Notes: generated from the sequence alone by a model not told the origin. Counted from the stretch's first letter, positions 16,768 through 27,721 are shown. The stretch is 64,000 bases of DNA from Candidatus Norongarragalina meridionalis (GCA_902384935.1 CABMDO010000013.1:4370-68369), one strand, 5' to 3'. Numbers and translations are program-made.

Positions 16768-19041
16768 ATGTCCGACCCCGAACTCGTCAAGCTGAGCAGG
16801 GACGGACAGCTTTCGCTTTCGTTGGAGGAGATGCGCGAAATCAAGAAGTACTTCGCGGCGCAGAAGCGCGAGCCTACGGACGTGGAACTGGAGGCGGTAG
16901 CCCAGACGTGGAGCGAGCACTGCGGGCACAAGACATTCAAGGGAGTTTTCCTCACCAACGATGGCGAGGTATGCAATATTTTCAAGAAGTACATCGCCGC
17001 GGCGACGAAAAAGATAAACGCGCCCTGGTGCTTCTCGGTTTTCGAGGACAACGCGGGAATCGTCGAGTTCGAAGGCGACTGGCTGCTTTCGTTCAAGGCG
17101 GAAACTCACAACCATCCCTCGGCGCTCGAACCGTTCGGAGGAGCGGTAACCGGTGTGGGTGGCGTCATCCGCGACATACTCGGCGCGTGGGGCGACCCCA
17201 TCGCGAATACTGATATTTTGTGCTTCGGACCTCTTGATTTCCCGGACTCAAAGCTGCCCGCGGGAACGAAGCGCCCCCAGTACATCCATGACGGCGTGAT
17301 TTCGGGAATCCAGGCCTACGGCAACAACATGGGAATCCCGACGATAAACGGCGCGATCTATTTCGACGAATCATACGTCGGCAATCCGCTCGTGTTCTGC
17401 GGATGCCTCGGAATGCTGAGGAAGAAGCACTACGTGCGGAGAACAAAAGCGGGGGACGTTGCGCTTCTGGTCGGCGGGAAAACCGGACGCGACGGAATGC
17501 ACGGCGTTACCTTTGCGTCCGTGGAATTGCACGAGAAATCCGAGGAAACGTCGCGCTCGGCGGTGCAGATAGGCGACCCGATCGAGGAGGAAAAGATAAA
17601 GCGCGCCATGGTGCGCGTGCGCGAGGAAGGGCTCGCGTCGGGAACAACCGACTTGGGCGGAGGCGGGCTTTCTTCGGCAGTCACGGAAACCGCGCAACGC
17701 ACGGGCGGAATCGAGGTGCATCTCGACAACGTGCGGCTGAAATACCCGATGAGCGAGGCGTGGGAAATCTGGATTTCCGAGTCGCAGGAGCGCATGCTTC
17801 TCACGGTTCCGCCGCAGAACCTCGAGCGCGTTACGAAAATATTCGAGTCCGAGGAAGTCGAAGCCGTGCCTATCGGCATCTTCAATTCATCCGGAAAGCT
17901 GCGCATCAAATACAAGGGCGCGATGGTCGCGGACCTCGACCTTTCCTTCATGTTCGGCTCGTCTTTTGTGCAGAAAACCGACGCGCGCTTCACGCCGAAA
18001 ACGCATGTAGAGCCGGCTTTCAGCCAGCCGAAGGACTTGACGCACGCGCTTCTGAAGATTCTGGGAATGCCCAACGTGATGTCGAAGCGCCGCGTAATCC
18101 AGAAGTACGACCACGAAGTGAAGGGCAACACCGCGATAAAGCCGCTGCATCGCGCGGGTCCTGGCGACGCCGCGGTGCTGAAGCCGCTCGACGATTCCTG
18201 GAAAGGAGCGGTTCTTTCGAACGGTTTCAACCCCGAATACGGGAAAATCAGCGCCTACTGGATGGCGGCGTCGGCGATAGACGAGGCGATACGCAACAAC
18301 GCAGCAGTCGGAGGAAGACGCTTCGCAATACTCGACAATTTCTCGTGGGGCACGCCGAATAAGCCCGAAAACGCGCTTGCGCTGCTCGATGCGTGCCGCG
18401 CCTGCTACGATTTCGGCGTTGCGTTCAATGCGCCGTTCATCTCGGGCAAGGACAGCCTCTACAATGAATCTCCGATGGGCTCCATAGCGCACACGCTCGT
18501 CATCAGCGCGCTCGGAATCTCGCCCGACGTTCGCAAGTGCGTGACGATGGACGTGAAGAGGGAAGGAAACGCCCTCTATCTTGTCGGCGAAACGAAGCAG
18601 GAGCTAGGGGGTTCCCATTATTACAAGTCCATGGGCTATCTTGGCGCGTCAGTGCCGCAGGTGGACAAGGAAAAGGCGCCCGCCATTGTTTCCGCTTTGA
18701 CTTCCGCCATCGATTCGGGCGCAGTTCGCAGCTGCCACGACCTCAGCGAGGGAGGGCTCGGCGTCGCGCTGGCGGAATCGTGCTTCGCAGGCGGTTTGGG
18801 AGCCGACGTGGTTCTGCCGAAGGGAATGCGTTCCGACTTCTTCCTGTTCAGCGAGTCCAACACGCGCTTCGTCGTCGAGACGGAAAACGAAGAGAAGCTT
18901 AAGGCGGCGTTCAAGGGGCTGCCTCTGCTGCGTTTGGGCACGGTGGGCGGCAAAAGGGTAAGGGTGGCTGCCGAGGGCAAAACCATTGTTGACGCCGGCA
19001 TCGACGAGCTGCGCGACGCGTGGGAGGGCGTGAGCAAATGA
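16768..19041 (+). CDS. purL: FGAM synthase II (PurL, small form)
   Basis: WSEHCGHK motif, two AIRS-like repeats, about 760 aa. Start ATG at 16768 (an alternative GTG at 16753). The track extension to 16426 overlaps purS and is rejected. Confidence 0.85.
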   Translation: MSDPELVKLSRDGQLSLSLEEMREIKKYFAAQKREPTDVELEAVAQTWSEHCGHKTFKGVFLTNDGEVCNIFKKYIAAATKKINAPWCFSVFEDNAGIVEFEGDWLLSFKAETHNHPSALEPFGGAVTGVGGVIRDILGAWGDPIANTDILCFGPLDFPDSKLPAGTKRPQYIHDGVISGIQAYGNNMGIPTINGAIYFDESYVGNPLVFCGCLGMLRKKHYVRRTKAGDVALLVGGKTGRDGMHGVTFASVELHEKSEETSRSAVQIGDPIEEEKIKRAMVRVREEGLASGTTDLGGGGLSSAVTETAQRTGGIEVHLDNVRLKYPMSEAWEIWISESQERMLLTVPPQNLERVTKIFESEEVEAVPIGIFNSSGKLRIKYKGAMVADLDLSFMFGSSFVQKTDARFTPKTHVEPAFSQPKDLTHALLKILGMPNVMSKRRVIQKYDHEVKGNTAIKPLHRAGPGDAAVLKPLDDSWKGAVLSNGFNPEYGKISAYWMAASAIDEAIRNNAAVGGRRFAILDNFSWGTPNKPENALALLDACRACYDFGVAFNAPFISGKDSLYNESPMGSIAHTLVISALGISPDVRKCVTMDVKREGNALYLVGETKQELGGSHYYKSMGYLGASVPQVDKEKAPAIVSALTSAIDSGAVRSCHDLSEGGLGVALAESCFAGGLGADVVLPKGMRSDFFLFSESNTRFVVETENEEKLKAAFKGLPLLRLGTVGGKRVRVAAEGKTIVDAGIDELRDAWEGVSK

Positions 19042-19829
19042 AAGCCCTTGTCATGCGCGCGCCGGGCACGAACTGCGACTCCGAGATGGTGCGGGCGCTG
19101 AAAACAGTAGGGTTCGACGCGCCACTCGTGCACATCAACGACGTCCTGCGCGAGAAGAACCTTTCGCGGTACGATGTTCTGGTGTTTCCCGGCGGATTTT
19201 CATACGGCGACTACATCCGTTCGGGCGCGATATGGGGCAAGAAATTCGTGGCGGTGCTGAAGGACGAGCTGCGCGATTTCGTGGCGGCGAAGAAGCCGAT
19301 TGTCGGCGTATGCAACGGCATGCAGGTTCTGGTGGAAGCAGGATTGATACCCCGCACTGCAGATTATCCCGAGGCGGCTATGGCTTCCAATTCCCTCGGT
19401 TATAGATGCATGTGGACGTGGCTCCGCGTCGAGAAAAACGTCTGCGGGATTGCGGGGCTCTACAAGAAGGGCGAAGTGCTTCGCGTGCCGATTGCGCACG
19501 GCGAAGGCAGGTACACCGTTGCGCCCGGAACCGAAAAGAAGGCGCTCGCCGAACTCGAAGGAAACGAACAGATTGTCTTCAGGTACTGCAAGCCCGACGG
19601 TTCCCCTGCTGGCGGCGAATACCCGTGGAACCCTAACGGCTCCCTGTCGGACATTGCGGGAATCTGCAACCCCGAAGGAAACGTCCTCGCCATGATGCCG
19701 CACCCCGAGCGCGCCTCGTTCTTCTGGCAGTTCCCAGACTGGACTCTCGGCGAGAAACGGGAGGACGGACTGCGCCTGTTCAAGGGGCTGGCGGGGTCCG
19801 CCGGCGGCAAGTCAGGGCGAAGTATTTAA
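19038..19829 (+). CDS. purQ: FGAM synthase I, glutamine amidotransferase (PurQ)
   Basis: MKALVMRAPGTNCD N-terminus, catalytic Cys in GVCNGMQ, His/Glu in MPHPER. Start overlaps the purL stop (ATGA). Confidence 0.85.
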   Translation: MKALVMRAPGTNCDSEMVRALKTVGFDAPLVHINDVLREKNLSRYDVLVFPGGFSYGDYIRSGAIWGKKFVAVLKDELRDFVAAKKPIVGVCNGMQVLVEAGLIPRTADYPEAAMASNSLGYRCMWTWLRVEKNVCGIAGLYKKGEVLRVPIAHGEGRYTVAPGTEKKALAELEGNEQIVFRYCKPDGSPAGGEYPWNPNGSLSDIAGICNPEGNVLAMMPHPERASFFWQFPDWTLGEKREDGLRLFKGLAGSAGGKSGRSI

Positions 19830-19851
19830 AGTCAGTTGCGCTCCGATTATT

Positions 19852-21270
19852 ATGGGCGGGGAAGAGTTCGGCAATTATCAGTCTCCTTTTTCCTGGCGGT
19901 ACGGCTCCCCGGAAATGCGTTCTGTTTTCTCCGAAAAGCGGAAGCGCCTCGCATGGCGCCGCGTGTGGGTTTCACTTGCGAAAGCGGAAGCCAAGGCGGG
20001 CGTAGTTTCTTCCGCCGAACTGAAGGATATCGAGGCGCATGCAACCGCAGTAGACGTCGCCAAGGCGCTGGCGCTTGAAAAGGAGCTTCGCCACGACTTG
20101 ATGGCGGAGTTGAAGGTATATACGTCCCAGTGCAAAAAAGGAGGCGGGAAGCTTCATCTCGGAGCAACTAGCATGGACGTCGAGGACAACGCCGACGTAA
20201 TGCTCATGAAGGAGGCGCTTTCTCTTGTAAAGGCCAGAGCCGCGGCGCTCCTGAAGGTTGTTGCGTCCCAGGCGAAGAACCACGCAAAAACGCCCTGCCT
20301 CGGCCTCACGCATCTTCAGCCCGCGGAGCCGACTACCCTGGGATACCGTTTCGCCCAATACGCCCAGGATATCACGGCGGATCTGGATGCCCTCGACGCG
20401 TTACATTTGAAAGGAAAAGGATTGAAAGGCGCGGTCGGAACATCCGCGTCCTACGTCGCTTTGCTTCACGGCAGGAAAATGAACGCCGAACAGCTCGAGG
20501 CGGCATTCCTCTCCGAACTAAAGCTTGACGCTTTCGAAGTTGCCACTCAAACGTACCCGCGCAAGCAGGATTTGCTCGTGATGCAGGCGCTTTCCTCGCT
20601 CAGCCAGACGCTCCACAAGATGTGCCTTGACGTGCGCATCATGCAGTCGCGCTTCGAGGTTCTTGAGCCCTTCGGTTCGAAACAGGTGGGTTCCAGCGCG
20701 ATGCCGTTCAAGCGCAATCCCATTTCGTGCGAGCGCGTGTGCTCCCTTTCGCGTTTGCTGCCCGCGTACGAGGCTATAGCGTGGCATAACGCGGCGAACA
20801 GCGCCCTAGAACGAACGCTCGACGATTCCGCGAACCGCCGCATTTTCGTTCCCGAGGCATTTCTGACGACCGATGAAATGCTCTCGGTCGCGACGCGCGT
20901 GTTCGACGGGCTTTTCGTCAACGAGGCGCAGTTGCGCCGCAACCTCGATGCGTTCAACGCATTCGCCGCGTCGGAGCCTCTGCTTATGAAGCTCGCGGAA
21001 AAAGGCGCGTCGCGCCAGGAGATGCACGAGCTTATCCGCAGGTGCTCGCTGCGCGCGTGGGAAGACGTGCAACAGGGCAAACGCAATCCCCTTCCGGAAA
21101 TGCTCGGCCAGGCAACAGAAATCCGCAGGCGGCTTTCGGACGCGGAAATCGCAACCGCTTTCGAGCAGCCCCACTTCGGCGAAGCCGAACGCAAGGCGAA
21201 GGACGTCGCGGAAAAGGCGCTGAAGCGGGCGTCGCAGTACGCGGGCGTAAAGACGGGCGAGGTATTCTGA
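19852..21270 (+). CDS. purB: Adenylosuccinate lyase
   Basis: Fumarate lyase family with a PurB-specific N-terminus (YGSPEMRSVFSE), the signature region SSAMPFKRNP and a C-terminal ADSL domain. Confidence 0.85.
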   Translation: MGGEEFGNYQSPFSWRYGSPEMRSVFSEKRKRLAWRRVWVSLAKAEAKAGVVSSAELKDIEAHATAVDVAKALALEKELRHDLMAELKVYTSQCKKGGGKLHLGATSMDVEDNADVMLMKEALSLVKARAAALLKVVASQAKNHAKTPCLGLTHLQPAEPTTLGYRFAQYAQDITADLDALDALHLKGKGLKGAVGTSASYVALLHGRKMNAEQLEAAFLSELKLDAFEVATQTYPRKQDLLVMQALSSLSQTLHKMCLDVRIMQSRFEVLEPFGSKQVGSSAMPFKRNPISCERVCSLSRLLPAYEAIAWHNAANSALERTLDDSANRRIFVPEAFLTTDEMLSVATRVFDGLFVNEAQLRRNLDAFNAFAASEPLLMKLAEKGASRQEMHELIRRCSLRAWEDVQQGKRNPLPEMLGQATEIRRRLSDAEIATAFEQPHFGEAERKAKDVAEKALKRASQYAGVKTGEVF

Positions 21271-21722
21271 TGAATTCCGTTGCGATTGTCATGGGTTCGA
21301 AGTCGGACTTGGAGCACGCGAAAAAGATAGCCGCGGCGTTGAAGGAACTCGGTGTTGCTTCGGAAATGCGAGTCGCGTCCGCGCACAAGACTCCCGCCAA
21401 GGTTTTGAAACTTGCGAAGGAACTGGAAAAGAAGAATTCCGTCGTGATTGCAGTAGCGGGATTGTCCAACGCCCTGAGCGGAATGCTAGCGGGCGTCTCC
21501 ACCGTTCCCGTCATCACGTGCCCTCCGAACGCCGACGATCTGCTTTCTTCCCTGCGGATGCCGTCGGGCATAGCGCATGCCACGGTTTTGGGGGCGGGGA
21601 ACGCCGCGCTGTTCGCCGCGAAGATAATAGGCAGGACGGACGCGAACGTGCGCAAGAAAGTGGCGAAAGCGCTCGCGGAAAACTCGCGCCGCGTCGAGAG
21701 AGCGGATAGGGAGCTAAGGTAG
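21270..21722 (+). CDS. purE: N5-carboxyaminoimidazole ribonucleotide mutase / AIR carboxylase catalytic subunit
   Basis: VAIVMGSKSD...SAHKTP...IAVAGLSNAL PurE motifs. TGATG overlap with purB. The track ORF start 21042 is rejected. Confidence 0.85.
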   Translation: MNSVAIVMGSKSDLEHAKKIAAALKELGVASEMRVASAHKTPAKVLKLAKELEKKNSVVIAVAGLSNALSGMLAGVSTVPVITCPPNADDLLSSLRMPSGIAHATVLGAGNAALFAAKIIGRTDANVRKKVAKALAENSRRVERADRELR

Positions 21723-21744
21723 CTTTCCCCTCCGCTTCGCCATC

Positions 21745-21780
21745 TTTTTATATACCGCCGCCTCTCGTTACTATAGGTGG
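21745..21780 (+). promoter_or_regulatory. Promoter + RBS of secreted paralog A (TATA tttttatata, SD aggtgg)
   Basis: TATA 21745-21754, SD 21775-21780, ATG 21787. The arrangement is nearly identical upstream of paralog B. Confidence 0.45.
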
Positions 21781-21786
21781 TTTGAA

Positions 21787-23490
21787 ATGAGGAATTCCGT
21801 TCTGATGATAGTCGCGCTTTTGTGCGCCCTCCCCGCTTTTTCGTTCGCGGCGAATTCGGTTACGACAATTTCTAATGTTATCGACATCTCGTACACCGGC
21901 ACCAAGCCGCTGACCGCGAATTATCCGGGGCTCGAGACCCTGACTGCGGGAATCACCGATTCCGAAAACTCCCTGATTCTTTTCCAGAAGTTTACGCTGA
22001 GCAGCAGCGGCAGTCCTACGGACGCTTCGGGCACCGTAACCCTGACTGGCCACTATCTCGACATCGACGTCAAAACCATCGATATGCGCCAGCTGCAGAA
22101 CAAGCTCGGGAACAGCGATCCAAAGGAAAAAATCACGCCGAAATCCTTCTCGATAAGCGGCGTAAAGGCGGTCGCTTTCATAAACAACGGCTTCAGCGGC
22201 TATGCCACGCGCGACGAACGCGATTCGCCTAGGGAAGCGGTCTTTGCAGTAGTAGCGAAAGCGGGAACCGATTTCGGAACGCGCAAACGCGAAGTCAAGT
22301 TCGCTTCCGGCACCGATTATTACGATTATGTTTCGAGGGGGCTTCCGACGATCGAGGTTATCTCGAATACGTGCCCCCCGTCTTCGGGAAAAAGCACCAA
22401 CGACCCCGTAAAGAGCTGCAAATCAGGCAGCGCATCAACCGCCTTCGCCCTTAGCACGGACACGATAAGCTCAGAAAACACGAATCTCAAGGTCACGGTT
22501 ACGGGACTTCGCTCCGCGGAATACGTATCGTATCCCAAAGGCTCAACCGTGGTGATTCGCCTGAAGTACGAAGGCGGCGGCTTCGGAAACTGCGATTCCA
22601 ACCTCTTCATGTCGGCGTTGGCAAGCGGTGGGGCTGCGTCGGCGTGCGCGCTGCAGATTGCCGGCGGTTCCGGTAGCAACATAGCGATTCCTGACGGATT
22701 TTCGGGAAAAATCATGGCGGGCGGCAAGTGCACCGCTACCGCGGTAACGAGCCTGACGAACCTCAAGACCGCGATAAACAATTACGCGGAATCGAACGCA
22801 ATAGACGAAAGCGCGGTAGTCGCTTCGAAATTCGCCACTGACCTAAATTCCGAGTTCAAGCTGCACTCGCACGACTACGAGGACACGAAACCCGTTTCTA
22901 CGAACACCGAAGCATCCCCTATAGTCGGCCCCTGCAGTTCCAAGCGCGTCTCGCTGACGCCGCAAACCTACGTGGTAATCACCAAGAACATGCCCGCGCC
23001 GGTGAAGGGAGCGGGCGTTCCTTCGTATAGCGTCGAGTTTACGGCAGCGAACCTGAAGAGCTGGCTCAAGAAGCCCGGCACATACTCCATAGAAGTCGAC
23101 GTTGACGGAAAGTATCTGGGCTACAAGCCCTTTTACGTTTCCATAGCGGATCCTGCCGGCGCGGTTTCCGCCGCGCTTTCCAGCGCGAAGGTATCCGGAC
23201 AGCTTGCGGTTTACTACCTTTCGCCAATAGGCAAGACGTACGCCACCGCCGCTTACGGGAACGTAAAGCTGGACAAGGCGGCTTCGTCGAACGACGGCAA
23301 GTACGACCTTTTCGTCGGAGGCAAGCAGATGCCGCCGTACCCGAGCCCCTTGCTCGCCGGGCTGGTTTCCGTAGGGTCCGTCGTTCAGGCCGCGGTGCAG
23401 AGCGACAACTGCAATTCGCCGCTGCTCGCCTGCAAATGCAACGGAAAGCCCGGCTGCGCCGACGTGCTGATCGCGCCCAAGACGGCATGA
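21787..23490 (+). CDS. Large secreted protein, paralog A (candidate S-layer/surface structural protein)
   Basis: Signal peptide MRNSVLMIVALLCALPAFSFA. 567 aa, Ser/Thr/Gly-rich. C-terminal Cys motif CNSPLLACKCNGKPGCADVLIAPKTA shared with paralog B. Confidence 0.55.
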   Translation: MRNSVLMIVALLCALPAFSFAANSVTTISNVIDISYTGTKPLTANYPGLETLTAGITDSENSLILFQKFTLSSSGSPTDASGTVTLTGHYLDIDVKTIDMRQLQNKLGNSDPKEKITPKSFSISGVKAVAFINNGFSGYATRDERDSPREAVFAVVAKAGTDFGTRKREVKFASGTDYYDYVSRGLPTIEVISNTCPPSSGKSTNDPVKSCKSGSASTAFALSTDTISSENTNLKVTVTGLRSAEYVSYPKGSTVVIRLKYEGGGFGNCDSNLFMSALASGGAASACALQIAGGSGSNIAIPDGFSGKIMAGGKCTATAVTSLTNLKTAINNYAESNAIDESAVVASKFATDLNSEFKLHSHDYEDTKPVSTNTEASPIVGPCSSKRVSLTPQTYVVITKNMPAPVKGAGVPSYSVEFTAANLKSWLKKPGTYSIEVDVDGKYLGYKPFYVSIADPAGAVSAALSSAKVSGQLAVYYLSPIGKTYATAAYGNVKLDKAASSNDGKYDLFVGGKQMPPYPSPLLAGLVSVGSVVQAAVQSDNCNSPLLACKCNGKPGCADVLIAPKTA

Positions 23491-23504
23491 AAGGTTTCCG
23501 CCCC

Positions 23505-23540
23505 TTTTTATATTTCCGCGCCCTAGTGCCTAATAGGTGG
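23505..23540 (+). promoter_or_regulatory. Promoter + RBS of secreted paralog B (TATA tttttatattt, SD aggtgg)
   Basis: TATA 23505-23515, SD 23535-23540, ATG 23545. ATGAGG start context identical to paralog A. Confidence 0.45.
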
Positions 23541-23544
23541 TAAA

Positions 23545-25650
23545 ATGAGGAGGATTCTCGCTTTCGTTCTCGTCGCGGTTATGCTCGTTCCGATAGTCGC
23601 CGCGGTGCAGGCTCCTTTCAAGAACATATTCGTGTTCGACGGCAGCAGCCAGCGGGTGCAGAAGCTGTCGGACGTAACCGGCGCACCGTCGTCGGGGCCG
23701 ACCGAATCCTCCCATTCCGTGAAGTTCGCGACTCCCGTTGACATGACGGTCGCGTACATGGAAAAGGGCAAGTGCTATTACGCGAAATTCACGTCGGTCT
23801 ATTCAATCGATTTCACCCGCGAGGTGGAGTTTTACCTGCAGGAAAATCCCGTCTACGATCCGTACGGCGTCGCCCAGTCGCTTTTCGACGACCTGAGTTC
23901 AGCGTCGGGCGCGCTGCTCGACTATTCCGGAGCGAAAATGACCGTATTGACGCGTAACAAGCAGCAGTTCATACCCTACGAGAACCCGTTCTGCGAGAGG
24001 CCCGCGTTCTATTATTCCTATACGATAGATTCCCTGAAGTACCTTAAGGTCCTCACCCCGAACGTCCTGCTGAGCATGTGCCCGGGAAACTCGTGCTACT
24101 TCAATTCCAGCGTTCCCGCGACACTGAAGCTGCAGCGCGATTCCAGCGGCGACGCAACGCCGACCCCGTCGCCAAGTTCCGGCGGGCAGGCGCTCCAGCC
24201 GATTGACATGACTGGCGTCTGGCAGATAACCATCGACGGCGCGGGCGGCGCGGCGCTCATCCAGCAGCTTTACACCGCGTCCGAGGACGCGTCCCACCGC
24301 CGCACGTTCACTTACGCCATAGATTCCGCCAAGTTCACCGCGACGATAAACACGCTTACCAAGCAGACCGCGCTCGAGAACTATCTCAAATACAGTACGG
24401 CGCCACCCGAGACGCCCTCGGGCACGCAGAACCCCGTAAAGCAAACGCTCGTGCAGACGATTACGGCAACGGGCTTCTCGTATTCCGGCGGAATGCCGAG
24501 CGTGATGTGGGACGTCCAGTCGTCTTTAATGTTTAGCCACGTCGTGGACATCTCGTTCACCGTAGGCGGGAAGCAGAAGCTCGTGCGCGGCGTAACGATG
24601 ATGGAGTTTCCCGAGGGTTCGGTTGCAGCCGCCGCGGTGCAGAAGGCAATAGACGGACTCAAGTCGGGAACAGATGACAAGCGCTCCGCATCATTCCCAT
24701 CCACGGCTCTGACGGTGTATTCCGAGCCGGCTTCGTCGTCCTGCGTCACGCCTTCGGATTCGCCGCACGTGGAAATCGCCATGACGGTCACGACTTCGGG
24801 CGAATCGGTCTCGGTAACCGCGAGCGACCTGCCGAACAAGGACGCCTCTGGAAAAACAATCAGCGTGCCGGTCGAGGTTTCGTTCGAACGCTCGCCTGGC
24901 GCCCTCACGAACGACGACATGGTAGGCATTCTCGCAGTCATAGGCACCGCTGACATCAATATAGACATCGGCAAGCCGCAGACGAAATCCGTGTATTCCC
25001 GCGCAGAAGCCGAGCTTTACGATGGCGTCGGGCTCAGGGCGACGAACATAAAGCGCTCGCCGAAGATATCCGCGTTCATGCCGTCGGTTCGCGAATCCCG
25101 CGGCACCTCCTACGTGGACGGCGGCGTGCTCGGGCAGTGCAAACTCCCCGTCAAGCGCGAGTCGCTCGTAATGTCCGCCGTCACGAAATCCTCGTCGGTG
25201 TCGCTCCGCTTCGCTTCGGGCATCGTCAAGGACTTCTTCGCGCTTCCGGGACCGTACAAGGTGCGCGTCATCGCGGCGGGGCAGCAGATAGGCGAGCAGA
25301 CGATTTACCTTAATTCGCCGGACCCGACCGAGGCGGTTGCCGACGCGGTCAGGGCTGTCGGGCTGCCTGTGGGCACGAAACTGCCCGTGCAGTACCTGGC
25401 GAAGGGCGCAAGCACCGCGATATCGTACGGCTCGCTTAAATCTCTCCCACTGACGCGTTCCGGCGACAACTACGCCATAGGCGCGGCGGGATTGACGCAG
25501 AAGGTTCCCCTAGGCGAGGTGTTCGCGCAGGCGGCGAACATGGTGGCGCTCGCGGAGCCAGTGTGCTATACGGGATTCGTCGCGCCTTCCTGCACGTGCA
25601 AGGGCAACGACGCGTGCACGCCCGTATGGGTGCAGCCGAAGACGTCCTGA
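23545..25650 (+). CDS. Large secreted protein, paralog B (candidate S-layer/surface structural protein)
   Basis: Signal peptide [23 protein letters not shown]. 701 aa. C-terminal [28 protein letters not shown]. Confidence 0.55.
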   Translation: MRRILAFVLVAVMLVPIVAAVQAPFKNIFVFDGSSQRVQKLSDVTGAPSSGPTESSHSVKFATPVDMTVAYMEKGKCYYAKFTSVYSIDFTREVEFYLQENPVYDPYGVAQSLFDDLSSASGALLDYSGAKMTVLTRNKQQFIPYENPFCERPAFYYSYTIDSLKYLKVLTPNVLLSMCPGNSCYFNSSVPATLKLQRDSSGDATPTPSPSSGGQALQPIDMTGVWQITIDGAGGAALIQQLYTASEDASHRRTFTYAIDSAKFTATINTLTKQTALENYLKYSTAPPETPSGTQNPVKQTLVQTITATGFSYSGGMPSVMWDVQSSLMFSHVVDISFTVGGKQKLVRGVTMMEFPEGSVAAAAVQKAIDGLKSGTDDKRSASFPSTALTVYSEPASSSCVTPSDSPHVEIAMTVTTSGESVSVTASDLPNKDASGKTISVPVEVSFERSPGALTNDDMVGILAVIGTADINIDIGKPQTKSVYSRAEAELYDGVGLRATNIKRSPKISAFMPSVRESRGTSYVDGGVLGQCKLPVKRESLVMSAVTKSSSVSLRFASGIVKDFFALPGPYKVRVIAAGQQIGEQTIYLNSPDPTEAVADAVRAVGLPVGTKLPVQYLAKGASTAISYGSLKSLPLTRSGDNYAIGAAGLTQKVPLGEVFAQAANMVALAEPVCYTGFVAPSCTCKGNDACTPVWVQPKTS

Positions 25651-25663
25651 GGTTTTTGAAAAC

Positions 25664-26185
25664 ATGGACCTTTCATCGCACATACGCAACGTGCCCGACT
25701 TCCCGAAAAAGGGAATCGGATTCAAGGACATCACCACGTTGCTGAAGGACAGGGCGGCGTTCCGCGACGCGATAAAGCAGCTTTCCGCGCCCTACCGCGA
25801 CAAGAACGTTTCCGTAGTGGTGGGCATCGAAAGCCGCGGATTCATTCTCGGCGCCGCCGTGGCGCACGAGCTCGGCGTCGGGTTCGTCCCGCTCCGCAAG
25901 CCCGGCAAGCTGCCGTACAAGAAAATCAAGCAGGAATACGCGCTGGAATACGGAACCGATGCGATTGAAATTCATGAGGACGCGATTGCGCCGGGAGAAC
26001 GCGTTCTGCTCGTGGATGATTTGCTCGCAACCGGCGGAACCGCGAAGGCGGCGTGCGATCTGATCGAGAAGCTCGGCGGGAAAATAGTCGCGCTCGCGTT
26101 CCTCATCGAGCTAACGTTCCTGAAGGGACGCGAAAAACTCAAGGGGCGTGACGTCATGGCGCTGATAAAGTACGATTCGGAGTGA
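25664..26185 (+). CDS. apt: Adenine phosphoribosyltransferase
   Basis: PRTase motif [13 protein letters not shown]. 173 aa with an APRT-like N-terminus. Confidence 0.85.
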   Translation: MDLSSHIRNVPDFPKKGIGFKDITTLLKDRAAFRDAIKQLSAPYRDKNVSVVVGIESRGFILGAAVAHELGVGFVPLRKPGKLPYKKIKQEYALEYGTDAIEIHEDAIAPGERVLLVDDLLATGGTAKAACDLIEKLGGKIVALAFLIELTFLKGREKLKGRDVMALIKYDSE

Positions 26186-26188
26186 CGC

Positions 26189-26938
26189 CTACCTTTTCTT
26201 TCCGATGAACAGCGCCCTTATTGTTCTTACCAGTGCTGGCTTCATGAACCACCGGGCAGCGTCTTCCGTTAGTCCGTAGCGGTCCAGTGTCGGGAACCCC
26301 TTGTGCAACTCTCCGGTTCCGACGTCGTACACCGCATTCGCTATCGTGAGTTTCCCCTTTTTCATCGCTTCCTTTACGTATGCCACCTTCATCAGATTCG
26401 CGGTTTGAAGCAGCATATTCGCCTCGACTATCATCCTGTGGCGATCTTCTTCACTCACTTCAAGATTGTTTTCGCGTATCGCCCTGTCGACGAATTTTTT
26501 CGCGGGCAGCGCCTTCTTGAGATGTTTTTTGATTTCCTTTTCAACCGTGGCGAGATGGTCGAGCGCCTTTATTCCGCCGCAGTTGTAATGCCCGACGACC
26601 CACACGAGCCCTTCCCTATCCTCCTCGCCTGGCTTCGTCTTAAGCAGATGCCTTATGAAATACGCCGCATTCGCCGAAGTGCCGTGGTCGTGACGGTCTA
26701 TGATGTTTCCCGCGTTCTGAGTTATCGTGAATATCTCCCCCAGATGCATTCCCCCGGATTTTACGATGTGCATCCTGGAGTCCGCGCATTCGATTATCGC
26801 ACTGTGCGGTTCTTGTCCGTTAGCCATCCTTGCGAGTTCGCCGGGTGCCCTGAGATGCACCTTTTCGACCCATTTCTTGTTTCCTTCAAAAACCCGTTCG
26901 GCCATTTGCCAGGGAGCTTTCCTCATAATCATCACCAA
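26189..26938 (-). CDS. Beta-class carbonic anhydrase
   Basis: CADSR (CxDxR) and HYNCGG (HxxCG) zinc-ligand motifs. The start codon is uncertain among the N-terminal Met residues. Confidence 0.7.
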   Translation of the reverse strand: MVMIMRKAPWQMAERVFEGNKKWVEKVHLRAPGELARMANGQEPHSAIIECADSRMHIVKSGGMHLGEIFTITQNAGNIIDRHDHGTSANAAYFIRHLLKTKPGEEDREGLVWVVGHYNCGGIKALDHLATVEKEIKKHLKKALPAKKFVDRAIRENNLEVSEEDRHRMIVEANMLLQTANLMKVAYVKEAMKKGKLTIANAVYDVGTGELHKGFPTLDRYGLTEDAARWFMKPALVRTIRALFIGKKR

Positions 26939-27026
26939 CTACTTTAGGTTGCCCGGTTTTTTAAATCGAAACTCCTACCATCAAAAGCCATTTATTCCGC
27001 GCCTTCGTAGGCAGCTGGGGATTGGC

Positions 27027-27701
27027 ATGGCTTCGGTTCGTTATCTGGGGCATTCGGGATTCGAGGTTTCCTGGGGTTCCCACGTGGTATATTTCGACCC
27101 GTGGCTGGAGCTCCGCCCGAAGGAGGAACAACGGCTTATACCGCCCGCGATTACGTCCGACCGCATCCGCAAAGCCGACCTGATATTCGTCTCGCACGAG
27201 CACCACGACCACTGCGATCCGGCCGCGATAAGCGACATCGTGAGCAGGACGTTCGCCCAGGTCGTAGCTCCTGAGGAGACGCTGGCGCGCATCGATATTC
27301 CGCCGCGCTACCGCGTAGCCGCGATGGCAGGCGACAACTTCACGGTGATGGGCATAAACGTGAGCGTCGTGCCCGCCAAGCACCCGCAGTCGGTGCACCC
27401 GGTAGGCTTCATTATAGACGCCGGAGGAAAGAAAATATACTTCGCCGGCGACACCTACGACTTCTACGAGATGAGCACGTTCGACGTTGACTTGGCGATG
27501 CTGCCTATCGGCGGAATGTACACGATGGATTCCATCGCCGCCGTAAAAGCCGTAAAAATGATGCGGACGGATTTCGCCATCCCGATGCACTATGGCACCT
27601 TTGCCAGGATACAGGCCGACGCCGACGACTTCGCGAAGCGTCTGAAGGGCACTAAAACCCAGCCGGTCGTGCTCGGAGTCGGCGAAACGTTCCAGCTGTG
27701 A
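27027..27701 (+). CDS. Metallo-beta-lactamase-fold metal-dependent hydrolase (UPF0173-like)
   Basis: HxHxDH motif (VSHEHHDHCD) and a beta-lactamase fold. Start at MASVRY (27027). The track extension to 26727 is rejected. Confidence 0.7.
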   Translation: MASVRYLGHSGFEVSWGSHVVYFDPWLELRPKEEQRLIPPAITSDRIRKADLIFVSHEHHDHCDPAAISDIVSRTFAQVVAPEETLARIDIPPRYRVAAMAGDNFTVMGINVSVVPAKHPQSVHPVGFIIDAGGKKIYFAGDTYDFYEMSTFDVDLAMLPIGGMYTMDSIAAVKAVKMMRTDFAIPMHYGTFARIQADADDFAKRLKGTKTQPVVLGVGETFQL

Positions 27702-27721
27702 AAATCAGCAGCGTTGACGCA

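Noticed and set aside
17430-18492. Multiple 200-320-aa ORFs on both strands inside purL
   Set aside because: purL homology is unambiguous. The alternatives are Arg/Gly-rich artefacts.
20547-21386. 279-aa minus-strand ORF across purB/purE
   Set aside because: Antisense to conserved purB and purE.
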